From NCBI GenBank assembly GCA_951406725.2, contig OX597836.1:24366001-24430000 (forward strand): DNA of 64,000 nt, given 5' to 3'. Every line of letters starts with the position of its first letter. Position 1 is the first letter of the stretch. The DNA is from Octopus vulgaris. Lineage: Eukaryota. This document shows, piece after piece, positions 1 to 14,604 of the stretch. Position numbers and translations under genes: made by a program. The notes under the pieces were generated by a model. The model was given only the letters and a program-made list of their open reading frames with translations, did no database searches and was not told where the DNA came from.

Positions 1-2
1 GT

Positions 3-287
3 TCATGTAAAGAGTTCAGGCCATTTCTGGTCAAGAGAGACTTTGAACCGAGCGGTCGTCGGCATCTTCACTATCTCGTCCGGCAGCTTATTCCACGGAT
101 CCGTAACCCGGACGGAGAAAGCCCCTCTCCTTCGATTGAGATGAAATCGTCGCAGATAGAGCTTTTCGGAGTGACCCCGCAGCCGACGCTCTGGAGCAGG
201 AGTGAAGAACAGCTCTTTCGAGAGGTTACACTTTCAGCTTACGACGTTGTGAGCAAGAATGAGATCGCCACGGCGTCGTCGCTTTTC
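3..287 (-). mobile_element. CR1/L2-group LINE, 3' end of ORF2 (fragment)
   Basis: Manual minus-strand translation EKRRRRGDLI...RLRGHSEKLYLRRFHLNRRRGAFSVRVTDPWNKLPDEIVKMPTTARFKVSLDQKWPELFT* matches the CR1-type C-terminal pattern (RRxRGDLI, RGHxxKL, FSxRVxxxWNxLP, FKxxLD); one internal stop. Confidence 0.85.
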
Positions 288-337
288 TATATGTATCCAT
301 ATATTTCAAAATCTCCTTATAAACACTTAATTACACA

Positions 338-559
338 CGAAGGTTTGTTGAAAAGTTCCTGGCTTTGGGTAAAAGAAAAATACAGGAGGATCACTTAATT
401 GTAGTTGAATATGATTTTATTCAACATATTCCTCTCTCAGATTCACACACTTATTGCAGCGGACCTTCAGTTTTTCTAAGCCCTGTAAACGGAAGATTGG
501 GTCTACAACCAGGCCTTTCGCGATACCTTTAAAGCCACGAACTTTTCAGCACCCCCTCG
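338..559. mobile_element. Mariner-type MITE (~220 bp)
   Basis: Imperfect ~29-bp TIRs CGAAGGTTTGTTGAAAAGTTCCTGGCTTT / AAAGCCACGAACTTTTCAGCACCCCCTCG; TA follows the right end; no coding capacity. Confidence 0.75.
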
Positions 560-725
560 TATATATGTATATATGATCTTGCTCATAAGTGTGTGCTCAA
601 GTACCGCTGGGAAGGACTCAGTCAATCAAATCGCCCTCAATATTCATTTTGCAAAGTTTAATATTGATTGATTGTAACGTTCTCATTTTACCACATTTTC
701 TCCTTTTAACGATTTTCAAGCTTTG

Positions 726-840
<115 letters not shown>

Positions 841-1020
841 TACACAAATACACAATCTGGCATACAGTGGGCTTCCGCACACTTTCAGCTCCGCCAAATT
901 CATTCATAAAGCAATTTTTAGATCGAGTGATTGAGATAAATGAGAAAACTTATTGTAGTTCTGAACTTGAAACTAATTGTTAAGCGAACTACCTGACCAC
1001 ACTGTCATGCACGCATGTCA

Positions 1021-1045
1021 ATACATACATACATACATGCATACA

Positions 1046-1086
<41 letters not shown>

Positions 1087-1164
1087 ATGCATGTATGCAT
1101 ATATATATATGTTTATATATATCTATCTCTATATATATGTAGATAGATAGATATGTATATATAT

Positions 1165-1253
<89 letters not shown>

Positions 1254-1267
1254 ATCTATCTATATAT

Positions 1268-1332
<65 letters not shown>
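1021..1332. repeat. Compound (TACA)n/(TA)n/(GATA)n microsatellite
   Basis: Direct reading. Confidence 0.97.
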
Positions 1333-1334
<2 letters not shown>

Positions 1335-1542
1335 CGTTCATACATACACGCACATGCACATATGCATAACACACACAAGCACACACATAGAAAGATAGAT
1401 AATTAGATAATCAGATACGGACGTAGTTTATCTCGATGTCACCTGATTGAATAGAAACGGTGTAAAATTGAATGGGGACGTTGTGAATAATGGAGTGACT
1501 TTTAATCATAAATTCCGCATCACGTATTGAGTACACGCATTC

Positions 1543-1627
<85 letters not shown>

Positions 1628-1645
1628 TAAAAAAAAAAAAAAAAA

Positions 1646-1858
1646 ACAGAAACAATTCCTATCATAGTAGGTGCATTAGGCATGATAAAAAGAGGAAAGA
1701 AGACATCCGATCTTTTAGAATCTATGGAGTCTGCCTACCTGAATCTTATAACATACGAAAACCATCAGAGCATCACAACAAATCACAGCACATACCAGGC
1801 ACAAGAGCTGTGCTCGGTAGTGAAGTGAAAGCACGCTATAAAAATAAAAATAAAACTA

Positions 1859-1862
<4 letters not shown>
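1646..1862 (+). mobile_element. R4/Dong-like LINE 3' remnant with an internal replacement
   Basis: 1646-1690 encodes TETIPIIVGALGMIK, as in the 8030-8786 copy; 1754-1862 matches that copy's 3' UTR; (TAA)n upstream (1543-1617) and downstream. Confidence 0.75.
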
Positions 1863-1918
<56 letters not shown>

Positions 1919-2030
1919 AAGAAGAAGAAGAAGAAGAAGAAGAAGAAGAAGGAGGAGGAGGAGGAGGAGGAGGAGGAGGGGAGGAGGAGGAGGAGGAGGG
2001 GAGGAGGAGGAGGGGGAGGAGGAGGAGGAG
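1862..2030. repeat. Compound (TAA)n-(GAA)n-(GGA)n microsatellite
   Basis: Direct reading. Confidence 0.97.
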
Positions 2031-2512
2031 AAGAAGACATCCGATCTTTTAGAATCTATGGAGTCTGCCTACCTGAATCTTATAACAATACTGTAATAGT
2101 GTTGAGCAGGGAAGATTGGGCGGGGTTTGAAAACTGCGATAATTAACATAATTTATATTACTGACTAACCAATAAGTTTGCTCCATTTTAAGCTGCTTAC
2201 AGAATCGTAAACGTGAAGAGAACGGCGACGAAAGATAACTATCAATAACAAGTGATAACAGTTGTTTGTGTAAACAAAGAACGAGAAAGAAAAGGCAAGC
2301 AAGGAAGAAATATTTAGAATGATAAGAAAGCATTGAAACTGATTTGAATTATTTTACCTCTTCACAAGAAAATTAGCGCCTTTTCCCACAGTTACTCTTC
2401 ATTCTACTTACGAATTTCTGCTTCTTTATTATAAACAGTATTTCTATGTCTATAAAGACATGAAGTCTAAATGAACTGAAAACATCATAGCTCCAACACT
2501 ACCACCATTACC

Positions 2513-2742
2513 TATTTCTTTATTACCCACAAGGGGCTAAACACAGAGGGGACAAACAAGGACAGACATAGGTATTAAGAGTCGATTACATCGACCCCAG
2601 TGTGTAACTGGTACTTAATTTATCGACCCCGACAGGATGAAAAGCAAAGTCGACCTCGGCGGAATTTGAACTCGCAACGTAACGGCAGACGAAATACCGC
2701 TAAGCATTTCGCCCGGCGTGCTAACGTTTCTGCCAGCTCGCC
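2513..2742 (-). mobile_element. tRNA-derived SINE family A, tail type A1
   Basis: Minus strand starts GGCGAGCTGGCAGAAACGTTAG (A-box-like) with B-box-like GAGTTCAAATTCC; near-identical copies at 10051-10278 and 51433-51663. Confidence 0.88.
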
Positions 2743-2964
2743 GCACCACTATCATCATCATCACGACCACCACCATTACCAATGTCTCCTGCACAATACT
2801 GACGGTAGTTGAGTATAATGTTTTGGAGAGGAAACGGAGAGAAGTTTTCACGATTTGACGTGGTTTTGAAACAGCTGCAAAGACCTTTCTTGCTATTACT
2901 GTTGCTAAGGAGAAAGAAAAGAATAAGACCTCGCGACATCCTCCTCTCCGTTATTAAGCTACGT

Positions 2965-3190
2965 ACACACACGACCATGTAGCGACACATGACCTTTTCT
3001 CCTCACTATCTGCTCGTTCCTATTTTTCCTTCTCTCTAGACTCTTTCCTCTTCTTGACGAAGAGCCGTGCCCGAAGTGTCATTTCCACTCCTATTTTTCC
3101 ACGTAAACCTTTAGTTAGATATGTAGACTGATTGAGCGTCAATCTAATATGTTCTTTGTGTACGTCCAACTGACATTTGCTATTTTTTCC
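2965..3190 (+). mobile_element. Putative Penelope-like terminal repeat with degenerate hammerhead-like motif
   Basis: Homologous to 39100-39290 (minus); contains TTGACGAAGAGCCGTGCCCGAAGTGTCA at 3054-3081. Confidence 0.4.
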
Positions 3191-3223
3191 TATTTTTTAA
3201 TATTTGATTTACTTATGTATGTA

Positions 3224-3295
<72 letters not shown>

Positions 3296-3539
3296 GTGTG
3301 TGTATCAAGTGAGAAAATCCTAGGTGATGAGAAAAACTAGCTGGTCTGTTCCTAGAACTTTCAACTGAGGAACTATGAATAATTTCCAGTAATCCTTCGC
3401 TTGGTGCTGTTAACGGAGAAAAGTTCCGGTGCAAGATAAAACCCTTGCAAGTCAATCGCGGTACGCTGAGAGCTTTGAAATTGTTTTGCGGGCCCTAGTT
3501 CAGTGTCCAGGCATGACTGGCTCGTGCTGTTGTCATGCT

Positions 3540-4425
3540 TAGGACAGATTTGTTTAACAGCCGAGTCCTTCGTGAAGATCGCCAGCTCATGCCTAGGGTG
3601 CCATATATTTGGTTTTCCACAAAGTATTGTTCTAGAGAATGTTTAAGAAAACATAAGAAAATTATAAGTTTGTTTTAAAATTTGAGATTACATAGACAGT
3701 ATTTTACATAGGATATGGGCAGTTCCCATGAGCACTATCTTTTAAATTTCTGCCATTTTTGGGTTTCCTGGTATCTGATGTAGGGCACCTATGACAACAG
3801 GTATTTTTTTTTATTCTTGAGGTTCCACATTTTGCTAATTTCTATTTCAAGATCTTTATATTTGCTCAGTTTGCGGTAGGTATTGACAGATACGTTTATA
3901 TCAATTGGGACAGTCATATCAATGAAGAGGCATGATTTTTGTCTGAAGTCCTTCAATGTAATGTCTGGCCTATTCGCATCTATCCCCCTGTCAGTTTGAA
4001 TGGTGAAGTTCCGGAGAAGTGAGATGTGATCATTTTCAAGCACTGGAGGTGGTTTGTGTTCCCATCAGTTTTTATCATGGAGAAGGTCTAGATTTTTGCA
4101 AATTACCCAGTGAATATACTGTGCTTCTCTATCATGGCTGTTGGGATACTCTGTAGGAGCAAGACTGCACATGGAAGCATAATCAATGGTTTCATTTTGT
4201 TATTGATATACACGACATGATGTGCTACCGCCGTTCTTTAATATGTTGGCCTGGTAGCTCCTTGTAGGTAGGCATTGTTCTTGGGCTGCTATGATAAACC
4301 CTTCTGTTTCTGATTTTAATCCAGAAGACACTAAGCATTGATGGATAAGGACTTTGCCAACATCGGCATTATTAGCTCTCTTTGGGTATCTGCACTTGAG
4401 AGGTTTTTCTTGCCATTTATCAGTA
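3540..4425 (-). mobile_element. R4/Dong-like LINE 3' fragment (zinc knuckle and restriction-like endonuclease)
   Basis: ORFs 4200-4505 and 3789-4043: LKSETEGFIIAAQEQ..CRV, RPDITLKDFRQKSCLFIDMTVP, KLSKYKDLEIEISKMW (PD-(D/E)xK RLE motif); disrupted frames; 5' end abuts ATT/GTT tract. Confidence 0.88.
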
Positions 4426-4568
4426 AGAATTATTATTGTTGTTGTTGTTGTTGTTATTGCTGCTGTTGTTGTTGATGTTGTTGTCGTCATCATCATCATC
4501 ATCAAACAGTCTATCTGCCTATCAGTCTACCTATCTAACTAAAGTCTCCTCCTCCTTCTCCTCCTCAG

Positions 4569-6105
<1,537 letters not shown>

Positions 6106-6281
6106 GTACAGTATTATATATTTGAAAACATGAGTAGCTATAGCTTTTCTGGGGGTGGGGATAAGTTTTATTTTAATAATGTTTACAGTGAGAGACTCAG
6201 GTATCAGTTTCAAGCTTCAAATAGCCGTTCGTATGTATGTATGTATGTATGTATGTATGTATGTATGTATGTATGTATGTA

Positions 6282-6328
<47 letters not shown>

Positions 6329-6436
6329 GCGTGTGTGTGTGTGTGTCTTTATATTTGTGTTTGTATCTTAACATTGCTTATTCCAGTCAATCTTTCGGGT
6401 CGGTGTCCCGGGATGACACAAGCATAACAAAAGACT

Positions 6437-6481
<45 letters not shown>

Positions 6482-6522
6482 ACAATTGAGGGTAAAATTA
6501 ATTAATTAATCAATTTCACCAA

Positions 6523-6571
<49 letters not shown>

Positions 6572-6618
6572 TGCATGCCTATATGCGTGTATTCACACAC
6601 ACACACAAATATGTGTGT

Positions 6619-6656
<38 letters not shown>

Positions 6657-6807
6657 TAATCATTAAGAAAAAGGAAATTTGATTTCCCTTAATTGTATAA
6701 ATATATATATAAAAGTATATGTATGTGTATCTATATGTAGTATGTATGTATAAATAAATATAAACTTAAGAATATATAAATACATGTATGCATATGGGCT
6801 TATATAT

Positions 6808-6900
<93 letters not shown>

Positions 6901-6934
6901 CATACATACATACATACATACATACATACATACA

Positions 6935-6967
<33 letters not shown>

Positions 6968-7892
6968 CTGTGTGTGTGTCTGTATGTATCCATATTCATA
7001 GAGACTCGCACAAACACACACACACACAGCTGTGCATATATATATGTTTATAGATTCATACACAAGAATGTGCATATATTTACATATGTACGTCCATATC
7101 GCAGCACACTCACACACACACACACACGCACACGCGCGTATTAATAGTAAGTAATTCATTCAAGTCTGTTCGTATTTTATTGCGCGTCGTTTTTTTATTC
7201 TTCAGAACGGAGGAATGCTCCCCCAACCCGCCTCTATCTATCTTTTTTTCTTTCTATTCAAACTATCACCCACCGCTTAATACTACATTAATATTCCTGA
7301 CAAACGGAAACAATTTGCAAAAGTGTCGAATGAGAATGTGTGGCGTGTATGTGTTTTCTCAACAGGATAAGCGTGACGTGACGTGAAATGTCAACAAACC
7401 CCACCAAAACTGCAAGCATTTCTGGTTATCGTGATTTATGATGTAAGGGAGATAACCCATTAAATGTACAACTGACTGTAGAAGTGAAACCCCGTTACAC
7501 TTTCCTAAATATAAATATCTTTATCATTTAAAAACACTGCTCTCTATATTGTTATTGATATAATCGCTTAATAATGTACCTCGTTGTGTTTTACGTTTTC
7601 GTATCAAATTATATTATATTTCTCTGTTGTATTTCTCATTTTTTCGAAACACCTTTTACACGTTTATCAAAATGATGCGTTCAAAAAACGTGCACATTCA
7701 GGTATAGAAGCTTATAAATCCACACACTCACGCATAAACGTCACCCACCCACCCATCCATTATTAGATGTGTATTTCTATCTATCTATCTATATCTTTAT
7801 AGATATATATATCAGTCTGTCTGTTTATCTATTTATTCATACGCAAGTGTGTGTACGCGCGCGTATTTGTCCCTCTATCACCGCTTGAAAAC

Positions 7893-8010
7893 CGGTGTTT
7901 TTCATCCTTTCGGGGTCGATTAAATAAGTACCCGTTACGCACTGAGGTCGACGTAATCGTCTTAATCCCTTCCCCAAAATTTGAGGCCTTGTGCTTCCAG
8001 TAAATAGGAT
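7893..8010 (+). mobile_element. SINE family A 3' fragment, tail type A2 ending in (ATT)n
   Basis: Shares TTTCATCCTTTCGGGGTCGATTAAATAAGTACC core with family A; tail GGCCTTGTGC...GGATTATTATT. Confidence 0.7.
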
Positions 8011-8029
8011 TATTATTATTATTATTACT

Positions 8030-8786
8030 ATTGTTCTTCAGTAGTTTTCTTTTTATAGCGTGCTTTCACTTCACTACCGAGCGCGGCTCTGTGTACCTTG
8101 CGTATCTGCTGTGATATGTTGTGATGCTCTGTATTGAAAACGTTTTGCGTAGGATGTGTGCAGTGCCCAGTAGTGCAATTTTCTGTATGTTATATGTGTT
8201 TGTAAGTCCTGGTGTTTTTGTTATATATTTGTCTGAATATTTTTTTTATCATGCCTAATGCACCTACTATGAGAGGAATTGTTTCTGTTTTTAGATTCCA
8301 CATTCGAGTTACCTCTATTTCCAGGTCTTTGTATTTTGAAAGTTTCTCCATTTCTTTTAGAGACACGTTGTTATCTGCTGGTATTGATACACCAATTAGA
8401 AAGTCTTTTATTTTCTTCATGATCTCTGACAACTATATCTGGCGTATTGGCCTTAATTTCTCTATCTGAGAGTATTGTTATATCCCAGAGTATGGTTGCT
8501 TTCTCGTTTTCTGTGACCTTTTCTGGTGTGTGCCTATACCATCTTTTTTGTGTTGTTATTCTATAGTGTTGGCTTAGCTTCCAGTGTATGTAGGTCCCAA
8601 CTCTGTCGTGTCTGTGAATATATTCCTTCTTAGCCAGGACTGGGCAGCCAGATATAATATGATTTATTGTTTCTTGTCCATCTCCACATATTCTGCAGTT
8701 ACTTGCTATGTTTTTTATTCATTATACGTTTTTGGTAATTTCTAGTGGGGAGGCTTTGGTCTTGTGCTGCAATTAAAAATCCCTCC
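8030..8786 (-). mobile_element. R4/Dong-like LINE 3' fragment
   Basis: EGFLIAAQD, CRICGDGQETINHIISGCPVL, RHDRV, KLSKYKDLEIEVTRMWNLKTETIPLIVGALG; 3' UTR ends in the TAA tract at 8009-8030. Confidence 0.9.
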
Positions 8787-9815
8787 GACATTTGTGCTAT
8801 GTTTGGAGAGGGAGCCATAGCTGAAAGAACCACTCGTGATTAGTATGCCAAGTTCAAAAATGGAAATTTTTACCTCAAAGACGCACCTCGTTCTGGCCGT
8901 CCAGTTGAGTTCGATGAAGAGCGATTAAACCAAGTTTTGCACGAAAATTCTCGTCAAACGACAAGGGAACTGGCAGAGAAAATGGAATGCTCCCACACTG
9001 CTATAGAGAAGCATCTTCACTCGATGGGAAAGGTTCAGAAGTATGGAGCATGAGTTCCGCATGCTTTAAGTGACAACAACAAAAATCAACGAACCACAAT
9101 CTCTGCTGGTATGCTTGCTCGTCACCGCTCAACTCATGGTCACAAGCAACGATTTCTTTACCAAATTGTTACTGGCGACGAAAAATGGTGCCTGTACAAC
9201 ACTATGAAGCAGCGTAAGGAATGGCTTAGCCCCGTTAAACAAGCAACACCGCGCGTGAAACAAGATCTTCATCCGCGTAAAACGATGTTGTGCGTATGGT
9301 GGAACTGGGAAGGGATTATCCATTACGAATTGCTTGAACGGAACCAAACGGTCAACGCGGAACTCAATGTTCAACAGATGGAACGACTCAACACTGCTAT
9401 TGGATAGAAAAGACCTAATCGTCAGCATGGAGTTCTGCTGCACAACAACGCCCGCCCTCATATCGCCAATATGACCAAGGAAGCCATTCAAATGCATGAC
9501 TGGGAAGTGCTGCAACACCCGCTGTACTCTCCTGATTTGGCTCCAATGGATTTCCACCTCTTTCGATCTTTCAAATGCTAAGGGCGGAGTTTCGTTTAAT
9601 GCTGATGCAGAATTGAGAGCTTGGTTGAATCAATTTTTCGAGTCGAAACCGGGTGATTTCTACCAACGAAGTATTGAAAAAGTTGTAGAACGTTGGAAAG
9701 AAGTTGTATACAACAAGGGTGAATACATTATTGATTAATTAGTTGTTATTTTTTTTTTAAACCTTTTAAATAATTTTAATTTTAAAAAACGGCCGGAACT
9801 TAGTTGCCAACCTAA
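8787..9815 (+). mobile_element. Mariner transposon (Hsmar1/cecropia-like TIR), left end missing, transposase pseudogene
   Basis: DAPRSGRP, VPHAL, VTGDEKW, HNNARPH, YSPDLAPMDFHLF (DD34D-type motifs); right TIR ...GAACTTAGTTGCCAACCTAA followed by TA at 9816; stops and frameshifts. Confidence 0.92.
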
Positions 9816-9849
9816 TACTTATTGTAGAAACGATTATTCGTAACATTCT

Positions 9850-10980
9850 TTCAACTCTTGTTTTGTTGGAATTCCTGGTGGTTTACATGAGTTGCAGACT
9901 TGTTAGCTGCAGCATACGGTACCATGCTATTTGTTCGGCTCAACTATCGAATACCTGCCTGATGATTCTGGCTCTGCCAAGGAGGCAAATCTTTTGCAAC
10001 AACTCTACTGGCCACTGTATTCCCATTTCCTTTATATTCCTTTGAATACCTATTTCTTTATTACCCACAAGGGGCTAAACATAGAGGGGACAAACGAGGA
10101 CAGACATAGGTATTAAGTCGATTACATCGACCCCAGTGCGTAACTGGTACTTAATTTATCGACCCCGAAAGGATGAAAGACAAAGTCAACCTCGGCGGAA
10201 TTTGAACCCACAACGTAACGGCAGACGAAATACCGCTAAGCATTTCGCCCGACGTGCTAACGTTTCTGCCAGCTCGCCTATTCCTTTCAATACCGTCTGA
10301 TACTGACCCCAAGTCCCTAACAATAATCGGCAATCTTCATATTTATCTTCCACAGTTGGCATATCTCGTTTTTAAGAGGATTGTCTACGCCTTCGCACCT
10401 AACGATTCGTGAGTCAAATTGACGTGCAAAATCAATTATAAAGTACATGTGATTTACCATATCCACCACTGCTAGGTTCGGCATCTTGTGCTCAATCACC
10501 AAACCCGTTTGGATTGGGAAATCACACAGGATTTTGCAAGTCTCCGACTCAACGCACTCTGTGGTTTGTGTTCATACCATGCGTTGTCCCTTTCTATTCC
10601 CTATTTTTCACACTGTTTCTAATGTAGAACTTTTGTTACCTCATCATGTCGCCCCAATTTATATTGGTTTGGAGCAAGTCAAGAGCATTCGTTCACGAAA
10701 ATGGTTTCGTCAAATCCGTTACAAATTCGGCACCATAGCGACACTTGCTCATCCCTAAGTTTGACCTTTCAATTTATGACCGTCTTGCACTTCCAGTATA
10801 TTTTCAGTCTCTTTTTTTCCAGTGTTCCATCCTTCAATCAGCCCACCTCTGACCTCCAACTACTTCACCTCTGGCTACATGCAGCTGATCTTGTAGTCCC
10901 TTCTTGCCTAATGCTTCTTCGTGTCCTTTTTGTACTTCTTGATTTGTTTCTTTTGCTTTTTTCATACTTTAAGTATCTCT
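9850..10980 (-). mobile_element. R4/Dong-like LINE 3' fragment, old, interrupted by a SINE
   Basis: CRICNGFDETI, RHDEV, FPIQT..IEHKMPNLAVVD..IIDFA, LLQKICLLGRARIIRQV*; 5' side adjoins (ATT)n at 10995. Confidence 0.8.
10051..10278 (-). mobile_element. SINE family A (A1 tail) with 16-bp TSD
   Basis: TSD TATTCCTTT(G/C)AATACC at 10035-10050 and 10279-10294. Confidence 0.92.
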
Positions 10981-10993
10981 AATTGCCACTAGC

Positions 10994-10994
<1 letters not shown>

Positions 10995-11027
<33 letters not shown>

Positions 11028-11082
11028 TTTATTATCATTATTGTTATTATTATTATTATCATTATTGTTATTATTATTATTA

Positions 11083-11168
<86 letters not shown>

Positions 11169-11405
11169 TTTATTATCATCATCATTATTATGTTTTTTCC
11201 TTCTTTCTTCAAATTTTCTTCCGTTTCTCGCCGAGTGTTTTCCATGCACCTAGGGCAGAGAAGCTCATTGTATGCATTCCCAGATTACACACGCAAATTC
11301 ACAGATAAAATATGTATTTTAAAAATTAATTAATAAATAATTAAATTCATGGATGGATGTTGTTTTCACAATAAAATCATGGATGGATGTTGTTTTCACT
11401 TACTA

Positions 11406-11456
<51 letters not shown>

Positions 11457-11520
11457 GTTGTTGTTGTTGTTGTTGTTGTTATTGTTGTTATTGTTGTTGT
11501 TGTTGTTGTTATTGTTGTTG

Positions 11521-11552
<32 letters not shown>

Positions 11553-11676
11553 GTTGTTGTTGTTGATGTTGTTATTGTTATTGTTGTTGTTATTGTTATT
11601 GTTGTTGTTGTTGTTATTATTATTATTATTATTATTGTTGTTGTTGTTATTGTTATTGTTGTTGTTGTTGTTGTTG

Positions 11677-11723
<47 letters not shown>

Positions 11724-11755
11724 ATTATTATCATCATCATCATCATTATTATTAT
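10995..11755. repeat. Long (ATT)n/(GTT)n trinucleotide arrays with an ~200-bp insert (11190-11400)
   Basis: Direct reading; the insert resembles a LINE 3' UTR and includes a 30-bp-period duplication of ATGGATGGATGTTGTTTTCAC. Confidence 0.92.
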
Positions 11756-12231
11756 CGTGTTACATAGTACTTAGCGGGACACTCCCTTCTTCAGCTGTCG
11801 ATGCAGACCAACGCTTCCGGCACCTTGTGATGCTATCTCGCTCGCCATCAACACCAAGCAATATTGATGCTACCATTGAACATCCGGGTTATTTTGGCCC
11901 ACATTATAGCAGACTTTCCTTCTGTTATCCATGCCGCCATCTCGACAAATCGGATACAGCTCTAACCACCCCAAACATACAGGAACCATTTTGCTTTTAC
12001 ATCTCACTGAGAATTCGCTCTTTTATCTCGGCTCTTCCTTTCGCATACTTCTGCTCTAGCAAGAATGAAGCGTTCTCTGCATTTCGTGAGTTCCACCCTG
12101 TTCTCTCTCTCCCTCTCTCTCTCTCTTTCTCTCTCTATGATTCCCTCTGTGCGCGTGCGTGTTTATGTGTATGAGTGAGTGTGTTTGTGCGTGCGTGCGT
12201 GTGTGTGTATGTGTGCGTGTGTGCGTGTGTG

Positions 12232-12318
<87 letters not shown>

Positions 12319-12487
12319 TCCTTGGCTGTCTTTAGCGGGGTCCACTCTGTTGCAGGCATTCGCTTTTAGGATAACCTCCTCCCGCCGCTCACGTTTCGAA
12401 CTCCCTGTAACAGATCTTGGGCCCTACTTTCTCCCCTAACAAAAATATTACATTTGTTTTCCGTACACACGCACATATATGCACATT

Positions 12488-12534
<47 letters not shown>

Positions 12535-12699
12535 CATATACCTATATCTATATGCATTCATATATGAGGGGGCGTGTAAATACATATATATACGAGTGTA
12601 GTTATGTGCTTATGTAGGTATATATACATACATATCCCTATCTATACACATTTACATATGCATGATCTCATAATTGTATGTCGGTATGTATATGCGTAT

Positions 12700-12766
<67 letters not shown>

Positions 12767-13765
12767 CGTGTGTACGTGCGTGTGTCTGTGTATTAAGTGA
12801 TGCCAGTGATGTTAAAGGCATTAAAAAATGCAAGATGAAGAATTCTTACGAATAGGATTGGTTTAATGAGAGAAAAAAGAGCAGCGAATGTCAGAAATGT
12901 GACAAGCCAGAATGTAGAGGTATCCTGCCTTCGTAGTCTGTACAAGTGAATCATTTTGGCATCTCATCCTAAGTGATAGTCGTTAGCAAATTTGTTTTCA
13001 AAACGTGATCGGATGTTATCATGTACGGTTTGATAGAGAAGATACGAACGAGAGCGAGAAACAGCAAAATTGGGGTTAAAGACCAAATTTTAGTTCATTT
13101 ATAAACGATTACAAGGATAAAACTCTATTAAAACACCGTAACCACTTAAACATGAACTGATTGCATAAAAGTGTGCGACCAAAACCACAAAGATAGAAAG
13201 GACTTCTAACTGATTGAGAGCAAACGAGGGAACATTTCCGCCAGTTATTCGCTCTGCTAAATACAACCACAGAATCTTTCATCAAGCAAATCTATTCTAC
13301 AGAGATTTTCTGTCAGAGGAAGCTAACACCGCCATGATATTGCAGCATTTCTTTAAGGGAATTTCATGATAATATTAGAGGGAAATTAAGAACATACCAG
13401 CGGCGTATTGACAAAAGCATTAGAGCTTCCGGTGAAATACAGCATTTATCACGACTTTGCGTTTTGAGTTCAAATCCCGCCAGCTCAGCATTATTTTTCA
13501 GCCTTCCAAATTCTAGATAGTGCAATAGCGGGGCCGTTAGATCGCTGATTGTATACTTTGCCGATTTTGTTTCGGCTTTTTATATTCTGAGTTCAAAACC
13601 TTCTATGACCTAACTATCAGTCACTATGTTGAGGATTCTAACTCCACCGAGTACACACCCGCAAGTGCCCATCTTCAACATGAGAGCGACCCATGATGTT
13701 CAACCTGCTGAGAACAAACAATACTTGTTGACGATGATAAGAAAGTATTAAACATCTTTAAAACG

Positions 13766-13938
13766 AAATTGCAGCGTGGAAGGTGCTTATAAGCCATTTT
13801 AAGAAACACACAAAACCGTTAGGTCGCGGTCTCAAAGCGACGAAAATATTTTGACAAATTAAATTTAAATGTCGACATGAACCTTACGGTTTTGTGTGTT
13901 TCTTAAATGGCTTATGAACACCTTCCACGCTGCAATTT
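13766..13938. mobile_element. Foldback element with ~58-bp inverted arms (MITE or Penelope-like remnant)
   Basis: Arm AAATTGCAGCGTGGAAGGTGCTTATAAGCCATTTTAAGAAACACACAAAACCGTTAGGT (13766-13824) is inversely repeated at 13881-13938. Confidence 0.75.
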
Positions 13939-13964
13939 TTATACACACACACACACACACACAC

Positions 13965-14041
<77 letters not shown>

Positions 14042-14604
14042 GTGTGTCTGTGTTTTTATGACGGCCTAAAATGGTGAGTAGTATGTGGTGCTTTACGTAA
14101 CTTGACCAGATGATGAATAGAAAAGTTAGCAAACTGAAGTACTGGGGCCATTATGAAGTACTAAAAATTCAATGACCCTCGGTAACAATAAGAGAATTAA
14201 AGAATATATTGTCAAAGTCAAACCTTCAGTAACAAACATCTTTCAATACATGCCGTCAAGTTAGGCGTTTCCCCACTGTACTAAAGCTTATTTCAATGCT
14301 TTCTAATCTCTTCTGAAGTGTCACATAAAGACCTTCTAATTTTCCTCGAGTCAACCAAGGAGACTCAATGTGAGTGATTCTTAAAGTTTTGTAGATTTGC
14401 GCTCCTTTCACGATTGGTGTTTTTCAAACTGCACCTTTCCGAAAATCACTACGTTTTTACAACGAATCGGCGAATGATTACAAACAATTAGAATCAACTT
14501 TTGCGCTGGTGTTTATTAACCATGTTCTTACCGTATCCCAACCAGTCGGGGTCACTTTTTAGATATTTGCGTGAACCAGTGTCCCTTGTGTTAGGTTTAT
14601 ATGA

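Noticed and set aside
141-398. 85-aa plus-strand ORF
   Set aside because: It is the antisense frame of the CR1-like LINE fragment running into a MITE.
7370-7460. TGACGT repeats, TGATTTATG (Hox/PBC-like) and AAGGGAGATAAC motif cluster
   Set aside because: Short motifs are expected by chance; there is no independent support for function.
9111-9738. Mariner ORFs as a domesticated SETMAR-like gene
   Set aside because: Stops, frameshifts, a missing N-terminus and a retained TIR indicate a dead transposon.
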